Both the position numbers and the translations under genes were made by a program. A stretch of 64,000 nt of DNA from an uncultured Pseudomonadota bacterium (GTDB lineage: Bacteria > UBA10199 > JACPAL01 > GCA-016699445): assembly GCA_964555055.1 (NCBI GenBank), contig CAZKQW010000001.1, positions 262,500-326,499 of the forward strand, given 5' to 3'. The notes under the pieces are model-generated. The model saw only the letters and a program-made list of their open reading frames with translations. It did no database searches and was not told the DNA's origin. This document shows, one piece after another, positions 38,160-48,128 of the stretch (position 1 is its first letter; each line of letters begins with the position of its first letter).

Positions 38160-40197
38160 TCGTGCCCCCGTTGTCGATGTCTTCCCTAGGAGACCCCTTC
38201 GATTGTCCTCGCGCCATTAGCTCCTGGGCATCGGGCGGGTATTCGATCCGCTTGTGATAGATCCCCATGAGGATCCTGACGAAGCTCTTTCCGATCACGT
38301 GCAGGTCCTTAAGGGTCAATTCGCATTCGTCCAACTGACCGTCTATGAAATTCTTATTGATCATGTTGCGGACAACCTCTTCCAAACGCGCGGGAGAACG
38401 GTCCTTTAAGGCCCGCGTCGCGGCCTCGATCGTGTCCGCCAGGAGGATGACACCCGCTTCCCGAGTCTGCGGCTTCGGACCCGGGTAGCGGAACTCCCTC
38501 TCGTCGGCCACATGCAGATCCTTGTTCTCGCGTTCCTTGGCCTTATTGAAGAAATAACTGATCAATTTCGTGCCTTGGTGCTGCGGGATGATGTCGATGA
38601 TCTTCTGAGGCAACTTGTGTTCCTTGGCCAACTCGATACCGTCCTTCACGTGCGATACGATGATCAAGGCGCTCATCGACGGACTGAGAATGGCGTGACG
38701 GTCCTCCCCAATAGGCATGTTTTCGATGAAATAACCCGACTTCTTCATCTTCCCGATGTCGTGGAAGTAGCATGCGACGCGCGCGAAAAGGGAATCCGCT
38801 CCAATAGCCGCGCATGCCGACTCGGCTAACGTCCCCACCATGTGGCTGTGATGATACGTCCCCGGCGCCTGCACGATCATGTCGCGGAGCAAGGGATGAT
38901 TCAGGCTTCCGTACTCGATCAGTTTGATGGGCGTGAGGTAATTGAAGAGGTTTTCGAAAACAGGGCTTAAGATAAGGACGAGGATTGAAGCCAACGCCCC
39001 CCCTAAAAACGCGAACAAGATCTTCATGCCGATTTCGAGGGGTGACATCATGCTGAAGCTGGAGTTCATATAGAAAAAATCAATGGCGGCGAGCGACAGG
39101 ATGTTCAATCCTCCGAGCCACAACCCCACTTTCAAGATCTGGCTCCGTGTCTTCACGCCTTTGACCCAACACACTCCCATCATGCCACCTGAAAGGTAGT
39201 ACAACATCATCGAAAGATCGCTCTGCTGGACCAGCCCCGCGAAGGCCGCGAGAATGGGTGCGAAAAAAAGAGCGACGGGGACAGGAAGCATAAGACGCAC
39301 CATCATCGCCGCCGCCGCGATCGGAATCGCCGGATAAAAATCCGGCAACGCCATGGAGAACGGAAGAAAATTGCGCGTTGAATTGCCGATGAAAATGAAG
39401 CTTCTCTCTAAAACGATGAAAAGAACGAGAAGGGTTCCCAGAAAAATCAAATCCTTATCTTTAAGCCTCGCTTTGGAAGAAGTTTTTTCAAAGACAAAGA
39501 GAAATACGCCTACAAACAAAGATACGAAGAAAAAGGCACCTAACATACGACTCTTCCCGAAAAACAACGCCTTTTCCTCTCGGATACCGTTCAGGATCTT
39601 CAGGTGCCTTGCTTCGAAACGATCCCCGTTCCGGATGATGGCTTCACCCGCCTGCACCTTAATGATGATAGGCATCACCGAGTCCAGAGCCTTCTCCTGA
39701 GACTCATGGTAATCCTCTTCGTTGAAGAAGAGGTTGGCCCGCGGCTCTGGATTCCCTCTAAGCTTGAAACGTTTCAACTTTCTGGCTTCATCGACAGAGA
39801 GAATCGAATCCAAGTCTTTGATCAGGATCTTGGGTTTGTCCGTATCGCGCATATTGCGAATCAGGATCCCCGTTTTTTGCCACGGCTCCAGGGCGCTTCG
39901 CGACTCGACGATCTTCTCGTCTAGCAAGTCCTCCAAGTCCTCATCCCAATCAAATACGGGAATCACGTCTTCCAACGCCTGCCGTTTCAGCTTACCGGTC
40001 TCCTCGTAATCGACGATCTCGTAATCCTTATCCGCATGATAATCCTGGCGAGCGATTTTTCCCACTTCCAAATCCGACGGGATTTCCGACCACGTTACAT
40101 TCATCACGAAGGACATGAGACAGGCAAAAAGCAGGATACCTGCGATGCGGGTCCAAAATCGGTTCTTTTCGATGAAATCGAGGATCTTTTCTTTCAT
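38056..40197 (-). CDS. 7TM receptor with intracellular HD hydrolase (HDIG) domain
   Basis: N-terminal TM plus a large extracellular region, then a 7TM bundle. C-terminal HD domain: HSHMVGTLAESA, FHDIGK, ILLADTIEAATR. Conserved position between phoH and ybeY, as in Bacillus phoH-yqfF-ybeY. Confidence 0.85.
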   Translation of the reverse strand: MKEKILDFIEKNRFWTRIAGILLFACLMSFVMNVTWSEIPSDLEVGKIARQDYHADKDYEIVDYEETGKLKRQALEDVIPVFDWDEDLEDLLDEKIVESRSALEPWQKTGILIRNMRDTDKPKILIKDLDSILSVDEARKLKRFKLRGNPEPRANLFFNEEDYHESQEKALDSVMPIIIKVQAGEAIIRNGDRFEARHLKILNGIREEKALFFGKSRMLGAFFFVSLFVGVFLFVFEKTSSKARLKDKDLIFLGTLLVLFIVLERSFIFIGNSTRNFLPFSMALPDFYPAIPIAAAAMMVRLMLPVPVALFFAPILAAFAGLVQQSDLSMMLYYLSGGMMGVCWVKGVKTRSQILKVGLWLGGLNILSLAAIDFFYMNSSFSMMSPLEIGMKILFAFLGGALASILVLILSPVFENLFNYLTPIKLIEYGSLNHPLLRDMIVQAPGTYHHSHMVGTLAESACAAIGADSLFARVACYFHDIGKMKKSGYFIENMPIGEDRHAILSPSMSALIIVSHVKDGIELAKEHKLPQKIIDIIPQHQGTKLISYFFNKAKERENKDLHVADEREFRYPGPKPQTREAGVILLADTIEAATRALKDRSPARLEEVVRNMINKNFIDGQLDECELTLKDLHVIGKSFVRILMGIYHKRIEYPPDAQELMARGQSKGSPREDIDNGGTNADKYHQQTPIRSDALQDPKSSPTHLRPVGGGKS

Positions 40198-40206
40198 GCT
40201 TTCTTC

Positions 40207-41238
40207 TTATTCGTGATTGCCGACGAATTGGAGGGAACGTTGCTTGGCGTTTTGTGTGTGCTCATAGGCCTTGACGATTTCGGTCACCAAAGGATGCCGA
40301 ACGACATCGTCCCCCGTAAAATAATGGAACGAGATACCCGGAATCCCTTTAAGGATCCTCTCCGCGTCGACCAGACCGGACACTTTCCCGACCGGCAAAT
40401 CCACCTGAGTGACGTCTCCCGTGACGACGGCCTTAGAGTCTAAACCCAGACGCGTCAAAAACATTTTCATCTGCTCGCTCGTGCAGTTTTGGGCTTCATC
40501 CAGGATGATGAACGAACCGTTCAAAGTACGGCCGCGCATATAAGCCAAAGGCGCGATCTCGATAACTCCCGTCTCCATCATGTGCTTGATCTTTTCGTTA
40601 TCGAGCATGTCGTAAAGCGCATCATAAAGAGGTCTCAAATACGGGCTCACTTTTTCCATCATGTCCCCCGGCAAGAAGCCCAACTTCTCACCCGCTTCCA
40701 CGGCCGGACGCGCAAGAATGATGCGGCTCACTTCCTTCTTCATCAAGGCCATTACCGCCATGGCGACGGCTAGGTAGGATTTGCCGGTCCCGGCCGGTCC
40801 CATGCCGAAGACGAGGTCGTGCGTGCGGATAGCGTCCATGTATGCTCTCTGATTCGGAGTCTTAGGGACGAGCATCTTGTGCTTACTGGGCAGGTAGATG
40901 GAATCGGCCAGGAAATCTTCCAATGTGGCTTCCTTATTGGAGGAGAAAATGCGGATTACGCGCTCCAGGTCCGATAAAAAGACCGGATGGCCTTTTTTGA
41001 GCATATTATAGAGTTCCAAGAGGATTTTTTCGACGAGACGGGTTTGGTGGTTTTCTCCGTGGATGCTGACGTCGGTACCGCGGACGTCAATGCGGACGCC
41101 GAGCTTCTTTTCGATCGACTTTAAATGTTGGTCTTGAATCCCGAAGAGATCGCGGGCCAAGTTGTTATCATCAAAACGCAAGCGAGTGACATGGGATTTT
41201 TCCTTATCCTTCTCCAACACGTTTGCCTTTTGACTCAT
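40207..41238 (-). CDS. phoH: PhoH-family ATPase
   Basis: Walker A GPAGTGKSYLA. DEAQN box. PhoH-like C-terminal segments VTGDVTQVDLP, HYFTGDDVVRHPLV. Confidence 0.9.
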   Translation of the reverse strand: MSQKANVLEKDKEKSHVTRLRFDDNNLARDLFGIQDQHLKSIEKKLGVRIDVRGTDVSIHGENHQTRLVEKILLELYNMLKKGHPVFLSDLERVIRIFSSNKEATLEDFLADSIYLPSKHKMLVPKTPNQRAYMDAIRTHDLVFGMGPAGTGKSYLAVAMAVMALMKKEVSRIILARPAVEAGEKLGFLPGDMMEKVSPYLRPLYDALYDMLDNEKIKHMMETGVIEIAPLAYMRGRTLNGSFIILDEAQNCTSEQMKMFLTRLGLDSKAVVTGDVTQVDLPVGKVSGLVDAERILKGIPGISFHYFTGDDVVRHPLVTEIVKAYEHTQNAKQRSLQFVGNHE

Positions 41239-41682
41239 TTAACGTCCTCCTGGTTGGGGGGACGGCATGGGCGCACCCGCAGGTGCGGCCCCCGGTTTGC
41301 CGGGAGCGGTTACCGTCGCCGTTTCGGAAAAAACGCAGACGCGGAATTCGCGCCTACGACTCGTTGCATCAAAATCGATCAAAAAGACATCCTGCCAAGG
41401 ATCGACCGCCAGCTTCCCCTTTTCCACTGAGAGGGCGAGAGATTTCGGGAGGAAACATTGAATGAGCTGGCTTTTTAAATAAGGTGCTAACTCCTTCACC
41501 AGAAGATCCCGCGAGACCTCTTTATCAAAAACCGCCAAACCCGCCCCAGAAAACGGTATCATCACGGTCACTTGCCCGATTTCTGGACGAGACTCCTGCA
41601 AGGCTCTTCGAATCTCATGGCTGATTAATAAGATGTCGATACTTTTCGTCGTATCAACGTAATAGGCTTTAGAAACCAACAT
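41239..41682 (-). CDS. YjbQ-family (UPF0047) protein
   Basis: Segments GQVTVMIPFSGAGLAVFDKE and KGKLAVDPWQDVFLIDFD...RRREFRVCVF match the YjbQ core pattern (NGRLALGTWQGIYL.E.....R.R.V.V). Confidence 0.6.
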   Translation of the reverse strand: MLVSKAYYVDTTKSIDILLISHEIRRALQESRPEIGQVTVMIPFSGAGLAVFDKEVSRDLLVKELAPYLKSQLIQCFLPKSLALSVEKGKLAVDPWQDVFLIDFDATSRRREFRVCVFSETATVTAPGKPGAAPAGAPMPSPQPGGR

Positions 41683-41771
41683 CGATAAGTCAATGGTACG
41701 CCCGCGCAGAATCTATGTCCACGGGAACCTTGCTTTTTTTAGAAAAAATAAAAGACGGTTTTGGCGTCAGG

Positions 41772-42353
41772 CTAAACAAAAACACTGCGAATTTTTTGGA
41801 TAAGATCCGGAATGACGAAAGGCTTTTCAAAATAACCCACGACTCCCATTTTTCGGAGTCCCTCCTTTTCCTCAAGGGTTTTACGCTGACCCGTGATGAG
41901 AATTACAGGCGTTTTTTTAAGATCGGCGTTGTTCTTGAGAAAGCCGAAAAAATCCAACCCATTCACGTCGGGCAAAACGATATCTAGGATGATCACATCC
42001 GGCTGCCAGGATCCGACTTTTAAGCTAGCTTCCATGACCGTGTTCACGCTGAAAATATTCCAGTCATCTTCTTGGTTTAAAGTCTTTGAAAGAAGCTTGG
42101 AAAAATCCCTATCGTCGTCTACGATTAAGACACGTTTCTTACTCACCTCCGGCCTAGGAATCTTACCCAGGAAAGGCAGTCCGTTTTCCTGGACGAAACT
42201 CATCAAGTCGCTCTTCAATATGCGATGGTGCTTTCCGATCGTCTGGTAACTTTTCAGCTTGCCGGATTTAATCCAGTTGAGAACCGAACTGGAATCCACG
42301 CCACAAATGGATGCGACATCGGACGTCGTAAAGACATCTATCTTCTCCTTCAT
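41772..42353 (-). CDS. response regulator with N-terminal excisionase/MerR-like HTH and C-terminal receiver domain
   Basis: HTH_17-like TTSDVASICGVDSSSVLNWIKSGKLKSYQTIGKHHRI. Then KRVLIVDDD...DVIILDIVLPDVNGLDF receiver with the conserved Asp pocket. Confidence 0.7.
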   Translation of the reverse strand: MKEKIDVFTTSDVASICGVDSSSVLNWIKSGKLKSYQTIGKHHRILKSDLMSFVQENGLPFLGKIPRPEVSKKRVLIVDDDRDFSKLLSKTLNQEDDWNIFSVNTVMEASLKVGSWQPDVIILDIVLPDVNGLDFFGFLKNNADLKKTPVILITGQRKTLEEKEGLRKMGVVGYFEKPFVIPDLIQKIRSVFV

Positions 42354-42392
42354 ACTAGTCCTTTCTAAGGTCTGTGACGTTTAAAAAGCAAA

Positions 42393-42773
42393 TCAGTCTT
42401 TCCGCACGGTCATTCCAATGCTGTTCAGCAAGTCCTTTTCTTGGAACGGCTTGATTAAGACGGGATATTTCTCCGTCACGAGGGTTAACTCGTCCTTCTT
42501 CAAGCTGATGAGGGCCGTCATGATGACGATCGGCGTGTCGCGTAAACGCGAGTCTGGATTGAGGCTCAATTTTTTGCAAAATCCTGCACCATCCAACTTA
42601 GGCATATTTAAATCGAGAAGAATGAGATCCGGAAGAAACGCTGAAACTTTTTCCAAGGCTTGCTCCCCGTCGGATGCCGTATCCGTGGCGTACCGATAGG
42701 ATTTCAAGCACATCGAAACCATTTTGGCGATATCAGGCTCGTCGTCGACGATGAGTATTTTCTTTGTTTCCAT
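42393..42773 (-). CDS. single-domain response regulator (CheY-like receiver)
   Basis: KKILIVDDEPDIAKM...PDLILLDLNMPKLDG...PIVIMTA, a canonical REC domain. 126 aa. Confidence 0.8.
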   Translation of the reverse strand: METKKILIVDDEPDIAKMVSMCLKSYRYATDTASDGEQALEKVSAFLPDLILLDLNMPKLDGAGFCKKLSLNPDSRLRDTPIVIMTALISLKKDELTLVTEKYPVLIKPFQEKDLLNSIGMTVRKD

Positions 42774-42782
42774 AGTCTCCCC

Positions 42783-43973
42783 TCATTGAGACGGCATGGG
42801 TATCTGAAAAATAAACTCCGTGCCGAAGCCCAACTGGCTTTCCACCCAAATTTTACCTTGATGCATCTGGACGATTTCCCGGCAAATCGCCAATCCCAAG
42901 CCAGTCCCTTTATAACCTGCTCCCCCATGGGGTCTTTTGATTTGGACGAATTTATTGAAAAGCGCCGGCATGTCCTGCTCCCCGATCCCCTCCCCATCGT
43001 CAACGACGCTTACTGTCAGGAACCCTTCAACCTCTTTCAGGCAAACAACTATTTGTGAATTTGTGTAACGGAGGGCGTTGTTGACGAGGTTTGTTAGCAC
43101 GCGGATCATCAACTCCGGATCCGCCTTGACGATTTTGCAGGGCGTTTCGCAGTCAATATGGATCATCACGCCCTTTTCCTTCGATGGCAGGCTGAAATTC
43201 TCGACCACTTCCTTGGCAATCAGCATGAAGTCGATCGTCTTGGGATTAAACCGGATGTTTCCCGACTCCAATCTTGAAAAATCCAATAAGTCATTGATCA
43301 ATTTTTCGAGGCGGTCGGTGTTCTTTTGGAGCATCGTGACCATTTCTTTCTCGTCTTGACTGAGCTTCCAGGCGCGATCCGCCTCCAGATTATCGATGCC
43401 CATTTTTAGGATAGAAAGCGGGGTGCGAAGTTCGTGGGAAACCGTACTGAGAAAGTTATCCTTCAAATCATCTAATTGCTTCCGCTTCGTCACGTCGATG
43501 ATACTGCCCAAGACCAACATCTCCTCTTCGGATTCGATGGGATTCAATCCGATCTCGATCGGGATTTCATGACCGTCCTTGTGCACACCGAAAAGATCTC
43601 TACCTCCTCCCATCGGGCGTACGCTGGGTTCCTTCGTGAAGCCCTCGCGATGGGCAGAATGGTTCGCCCGGAACCTCTCCGGCACCAATTTTTCCACTTT
43701 TTTCCCCAGAAGTTCCTGACGCGTGTATCCGAACATTTTTTCCATTTGTCGATTCACGAGAACGATATGACCGGCGGCGTTGATAATGACGATCCCGTTC
43801 GGCACGGATTCAACGACTTGCTCGAACTTTCTCACCTGTTCCGCTAGATCTAAGTTTTCCTTTTTAAGCTTAAGATTTAACTCTGAAATTCGAGCATCCC
43901 GCAGCCCGAACACCGCTTTTTTATTAGCGATGGTTTTCTTTGGTTTTAGGGAACCTCTATTTATTTTTTTCAT
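42783..43973 (-). CDS. PAS-domain sensor histidine kinase
   Basis: N-terminal coiled coil and PAS (VPNGIVIINAAGHIVLVNRQMEKMFGY). HisKA H-box HELRTPLSIL. HATPase_c N/G boxes (LVNNALRYT, DDGEGIGEQ, GTGLGLAICREIV). Confidence 0.85.
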   Translation of the reverse strand: MKKINRGSLKPKKTIANKKAVFGLRDARISELNLKLKKENLDLAEQVRKFEQVVESVPNGIVIINAAGHIVLVNRQMEKMFGYTRQELLGKKVEKLVPERFRANHSAHREGFTKEPSVRPMGGGRDLFGVHKDGHEIPIEIGLNPIESEEEMLVLGSIIDVTKRKQLDDLKDNFLSTVSHELRTPLSILKMGIDNLEADRAWKLSQDEKEMVTMLQKNTDRLEKLINDLLDFSRLESGNIRFNPKTIDFMLIAKEVVENFSLPSKEKGVMIHIDCETPCKIVKADPELMIRVLTNLVNNALRYTNSQIVVCLKEVEGFLTVSVVDDGEGIGEQDMPALFNKFVQIKRPHGGAGYKGTGLGLAICREIVQMHQGKIWVESQLGFGTEFIFQIPMPSQ

Positions 43974-44011
43974 ACGGGAGTAGGCGTCTTTTAATCCGCC
44001 CGTAGGTATCG

Positions 44012-45016
44012 TTAATGTAAGAACGAATTCACGGCTGAAACGATTTTAGATGACGTTACCGGTTTCGGGATGAACTGACGAGCGCCGAAAGACTTCGCGC
44101 AATCCACGATTTCCAAATCGTCGTAACCGCTGACGACGATAACGGGAGGGACCTTTTTATTCAAGGGAGCCATGATCTGAGAGAAGTTTTCGAGAAATGC
44201 GAATCCACTCGCTTTTTTAAGCGACAAATCCAGCATCACTAAGTCAGGGGAGGAGTGTTGAATCTGAAATAAAGCATCCTCAACGCTTGAACAGGGCATG
44301 CAACGATATCCCGCTCTTTGAAGCGATTTGACGAGCAGCCGCTGAAAATCCGGGTCGTCGTCGATGATCATAACCGTTTTCTCCTGCGACACCTTAGGCT
44401 CCATTTTCCTCTGCAAGGAAGGATTGAAGGGCCGCGAGTGGATGTCGAAGCCGCATCCTCCCCTGATCTTGGACTTAAACATCGCCTTGACCGAATTCCT
44501 AATGAGAGACGAGAGATCATTGCTATCGAAGGGATACAATGCGATCCCGAGACTAGCGTTGACCGTTATTTCATTACCGTCGACGGAAAAAGGAGATTGG
44601 AAAACGCTTAACAATCTTTCTGCCACAGAATAGGATTTTTCCTCCGATAAGATATGTCGAATGAAAACGATAAATTGATCTCCGTCGACTCGAGCCACCA
44701 CATCCTCGTATCGCGTCCGTTTCTGAAGGGCTTCACCGATGGAATAGAGAAGCCGATTGCCGATTTCGTATCCCCACCTTTGGTTCACAAGCTTGAACCG
44801 GTCGAGGTTGATAAAGAAGATGCCAAAGACTTCTCCGTAGAGTTTTGCCTCGGAAATCATGTTAACCATCTTTGAGTAAACGCTCTGATTATATTGTTTG
44901 AGCTTCGGGTCCTGCGTAGCCTCGACGAATTTCATTCCTAATTCCTGCGTCAAAATATCGATGCTTTTTTGAATATGTAGACCTTGCTCTGGATTGTCAG
45001 TTTCTTGGATTGTCAT
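44012..45016 (-). CDS. degenerate GGDEF domain fused to a C-terminal receiver domain
   Basis: GGDEF-like fold (GEVFGIFFINLDRFKLVNQRWGYEIGNRLL...) with the signature replaced by RVDGDQF instead of R[YL]GG[DE]EF. C-terminal REC: KTVMIIDDDPDF...PDLVMLDLSL. Confidence 0.68.
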   Translation of the reverse strand: MTIQETDNPEQGLHIQKSIDILTQELGMKFVEATQDPKLKQYNQSVYSKMVNMISEAKLYGEVFGIFFINLDRFKLVNQRWGYEIGNRLLYSIGEALQKRTRYEDVVARVDGDQFIVFIRHILSEEKSYSVAERLLSVFQSPFSVDGNEITVNASLGIALYPFDSNDLSSLIRNSVKAMFKSKIRGGCGFDIHSRPFNPSLQRKMEPKVSQEKTVMIIDDDPDFQRLLVKSLQRAGYRCMPCSSVEDALFQIQHSSPDLVMLDLSLKKASGFAFLENFSQIMAPLNKKVPPVIVVSGYDDLEIVDCAKSFGARQFIPKPVTSSKIVSAVNSFLH

Positions 45017-45225
45017 TTTTCCTCCGATGAAACCATATCTATTTTAATATTCGTAAAAACTTTTCTCAAAGGAAGAAACCAAAATTCACCATTCCCATCG
45101 ATTTTATGCGCTTTGTTTTTCTGATTTTCTTGGTTTTCAGCGTTTTTATTATTCGGTTTTAATTTTCTATTACAATGCTGACCCTAATAGAGTTTTCTTA
45201 GGGAGATTTCTCCCGAAATTTTCGC

Positions 45226-45873
45226 ATGATTTTTTCGACTGATATTTTCGGATGTAATCTATTGACCCGAGAATCGGGCTCCACTATCCGCGCCCTCATG
45301 CCGGCCAATCAACTCGTTCTAGACCTTGAAACAAAAAAGACTTTTCAGGAAGTCGGTGGCCGCGGGGCCGTGGAGCTAGGGGTTACCGTTGTCGGGGCGT
45401 ATTTTTACGAAGGAAATCGTTACGTCGTATATGAAGAAAATCAGTTAGCCGATTTAGAGCAACAGATTTCTCTCGTAACTCGCGTCATTGGATTCAATAT
45501 CCGTCGATTCGATTTTCCCGTCCTCCAGCCCTATATGAAACATATCAAACTCGCGGACATCGAGATCTTCGACATCCTCGACGACCTTGAAAGACTCTTA
45601 GGCCATCGTATAAGTCTTCAAAGCGTCGCTTCCGCCACGCTCAACGTCGGCAAGAGCGGCAGCGGACTGGATGCCATCGAATACTACCGCACGGGCCAGA
45701 TGGATAAGCTAAAAAAATACTGTTTAGACGACGTACGCCTCACGATGGAGGTCTACGAATTCGGGAAACAGAACGGCCAAGTCTTCTACTGGTCGAAGGA
45801 CGGATCCACTAAAAAGGAAATCGACGTCGCCTGGAAGGATCCCGAGCCGCCCACCAACCTCTCCCTTTTCTAG
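45226..45873 (+). CDS. RNase H-like 3'-5' exonuclease-fold protein (YprB/PolB-exo-like)
   Basis: Exo I-like LVLDLETKK, Exo II-like IGFNIRRFDFPVL, Exo III-like YCLDDVRLTMEVY. The start could also be the internal MPANQ. Confidence 0.5.
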   Translation: MIFSTDIFGCNLLTRESGSTIRALMPANQLVLDLETKKTFQEVGGRGAVELGVTVVGAYFYEGNRYVVYEENQLADLEQQISLVTRVIGFNIRRFDFPVLQPYMKHIKLADIEIFDILDDLERLLGHRISLQSVASATLNVGKSGSGLDAIEYYRTGQMDKLKKYCLDDVRLTMEVYEFGKQNGQVFYWSKDGSTKKEIDVAWKDPEPPTNLSLF

Positions 45874-45880
45874 ACGCGCC

Positions 45881-46477
45881 ATGCAGTACAATCGGAAAGA
45901 TAAGTATTATCAAAAAGCCAAGGACGAGGGGTTCCGTTCGCGCGCGGCGTATAAGATCCAGGAGATCCATCAGCGTTTCAGGCTTTTCAAGGCCGGGATG
46001 AAGGTCGTCGACTTGGGCTGCGCTCCTGGAGCCTGGCTACAAGTGATCGCGACCATCGTGGGCCCGTCCGGAAAAATCGTCGGTGTCGACATCGAGACGG
46101 TGAGTCAATTTCCCCAACGCACCATCCATCTTTTAAAAGGGGACATCCGAGAAGAAAGCACGAAAGAAGCCATCCTCGAATCATTGGGCTCCCAAGCCGA
46201 CGTCGTCGTCTCGGATATGGCACCGCACACGACGGGGATCAAATTCCGCGACCAGAACGATTCCTACGAACTCGCCTGCCAGGCCCTCCTCATGGCGCAA
46301 AAAATCCTGAAGCCCGGGGGCTCATTCGTCTCCAAGATCTTCCCGGGTCCGGAACTCGAGACCTTCCGCAAGCAACTCCGCGGACACTTCGATTCCGTGA
46401 AAGACTTCATCGCCGACTCGACGCGCACCACCTCCACGGAAATTTATTTAGTCGCGAAAAATTTTTCCCCAAAATGA
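45881..46477 (+). CDS. rlmE: 23S rRNA (uridine2552-2'-O)-methyltransferase RlmE/FtsJ
   Basis: RSRAAYKIQEI and SAM-binding VVDLGCAPGAWLQV. The K-D-K-E tetrad context includes SDMAPHTTG. Confidence 0.9.
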   Translation: MQYNRKDKYYQKAKDEGFRSRAAYKIQEIHQRFRLFKAGMKVVDLGCAPGAWLQVIATIVGPSGKIVGVDIETVSQFPQRTIHLLKGDIREESTKEAILESLGSQADVVVSDMAPHTTGIKFRDQNDSYELACQALLMAQKILKPGGSFVSKIFPGPELETFRKQLRGHFDSVKDFIADSTRTTSTEIYLVAKNFSPK

Positions 46478-46553
46478 GCGAGCATCGGCAAAATCGGCTT
46501 TACGCCGTTTTGACGAGCGGAGCGAACGAATCCTGAAAGTTCGATGGGGATTA

Positions 46554-46610
46554 TTAAGGGGAGAGCAGGATCTCCCCTTAATGCAAAAAGCCGGCTTGCG
46601 CCGGCTTTTT
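46554..46610 (+). terminator. tandem hairpins downstream of rlmE; the second is an intrinsic-terminator-like stem with flanking A/T runs
   Basis: TTAAGGGGAGA-gcagga-TCTCCCCTTAA is a perfect 11-bp stem. It is followed by AAAAAGCCGGC-ttgc-GCCGGCTTTTT, a GC stem flanked by A5 and T5, so potentially bidirectional. Confidence 0.6.
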
Positions 46611-46814
46611 GAATGGGAAAGGAGATGGGGGATTGGGCGGTGGAGCATGTCTCCTTTCCCCTTGCTCCACCAACTTGTCTAATGAGGTGGTCCTTTGGGG
46701 ACATACTTATTATCGTCAACAAGGCTAAAAAGTTTCCTCTTTTTTTAAAAAATATTCTTCTTCCTTTTTAAGGCTGAGATTGTCGGGCTTTATCTTATTG
46801 AAATAGTTATATTA

Positions 46815-48128
46815 ATGAGTTCTTTGTTTTTTATGTTTTCGAAATATTTTTTTCCTCCTGAAACGACTCTCTCCGTAAGCCCTGACGAATTGCCTTTTTC
46901 CCTTTTTCAAGAGGAAGGGACCGTTTTGCTAGAATCTTCACTTGTGTCACAAAAGTCACGGCATACTTTCCTCGGCCTCAAGCCTCTTCGCATTCTCTCC
47001 TCCACCACAAGCACTCTGGAGGCCTTGGAAGCCGAAATAGACGCCACCTGGAGCTCCCACTCGCCTCCGTCCGCATGCAACGGAATGTGGGTGGGTTATT
47101 TAGGGTATGAAGCCTATGAGAGATCGGCGACGGATCTGACGCCCTCTTTTTGGTTCGGTTATTACGACCAAGGCTATGTCTACGATCATCTCTTGAAAAG
47201 AGGTTTCGTTTTTTCTCCCCGACTCGAAGAAACGAAATCCCTCCTGAAGGAGGGCTCCCCACGAAAAAACGGCACCTTCGCGAATGCGCCAAGCCCCCAA
47301 CCCCGAAGCACGATGACGCGTTCGGAGTATTTCGAAGCCCTCCGTACGATTAAAGAGCATTTGGCGAACGGGGATTGCTACCAGGTAAATTTCGCCCAAC
47401 GCTTCGAAGCGCCCTTCTCGGGGGATCCATATGGACTCTACCGGAGGCTTTGCCTGACGAATCCGGGGACCTACGCCGCCTACCTCAATCTCGGCGACGC
47501 GCACATTCTCTCCTCTTCACCCGAATGCTTCTTGGAGATTTCCGGTTCCGCGATCTCGACCCGTCCCATCAAAGGCACTCGCCCACGGGGAGCGACGCCC
47601 GAGGAGGACCGGCGCTTCAAGGAGGACCTGGCGTCCCATGCAAAGGACCGGTCCGAGCTTTTGATGATCACGGATTTGGAGAGGAACGATTTGGGCAAGG
47701 TGTGCGTCCCCGGCAGCATCCAAGTCACGAAGCTTTCCGACATCGAGTCCTACGCGCACGTCCACCATCAAGTCTCCGAAATCGCCGGCGTCCTCCGCGA
47801 CGATACGGCCTTATCGACGATTTTGCGGGCCCTTTTCCCGGGAGGCTCCATCACGGGGGCTCCCAAGCGGAAAGCGATGGATATCATCCGCCGTTTGGAA
47901 CGCCATCCGCGCAACGTCTACTGCGGAGCCATCGGCTACGTCGGCGAGAATCGGCAGTCCCAATTCAATATCGCGATCCGGACGATGGTGCTGAAAAACG
48001 AAACGGCTTATTGTTACAGCGGTGGGGGTATCGTCATGGATTCGGACCCGGAATGCGAGCATGAAGAGACCCTCATCAAGGCCAAGGGGATGTTCGAAGC
48101 CTTAAACGAGACTGTACGGCTTCGGTGA
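46815..48128 (+). CDS. pabB: aminodeoxychorismate synthase component I (chorismate-binding enzyme, PabB-like)
   Basis: Chorismate-binding domain motifs: PIKGTRPRG, LMITDLERNDLGKVC, SITGAPKRKAMDII, RNVYCGAIGY, GGGIVMDSDPE. The short N-terminal region and the downstream pabC favour PabB over TrpE. Confidence 0.75.
   Translation: MSSLFFMFSKYFFPPETTLSVSPDELPFSLFQEEGTVLLESSLVSQKSRHTFLGLKPLRILSSTTSTLEALEAEIDATWSSHSPPSACNGMWVGYLGYEAYERSATDLTPSFWFGYYDQGYVYDHLLKRGFVFSPRLEETKSLLKEGSPRKNGTFANAPSPQPRSTMTRSEYFEALRTIKEHLANGDCYQVNFAQRFEAPFSGDPYGLYRRLCLTNPGTYAAYLNLGDAHILSSSPECFLEISGSAISTRPIKGTRPRGATPEEDRRFKEDLASHAKDRSELLMITDLERNDLGKVCVPGSIQVTKLSDIESYAHVHHQVSEIAGVLRDDTALSTILRALFPGGSITGAPKRKAMDIIRRLERHPRNVYCGAIGYVGENRQSQFNIAIRTMVLKNETAYCYSGGGIVMDSDPECEHEETLIKAKGMFEALNETVRLR

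Noticed and set aside
46444-46722. 92-aa minus-strand ORF spanning the rlmE-pabB intergenic region
   Set aside because: It runs straight through the two terminator hairpins and has no RBS, so it is most likely spurious.
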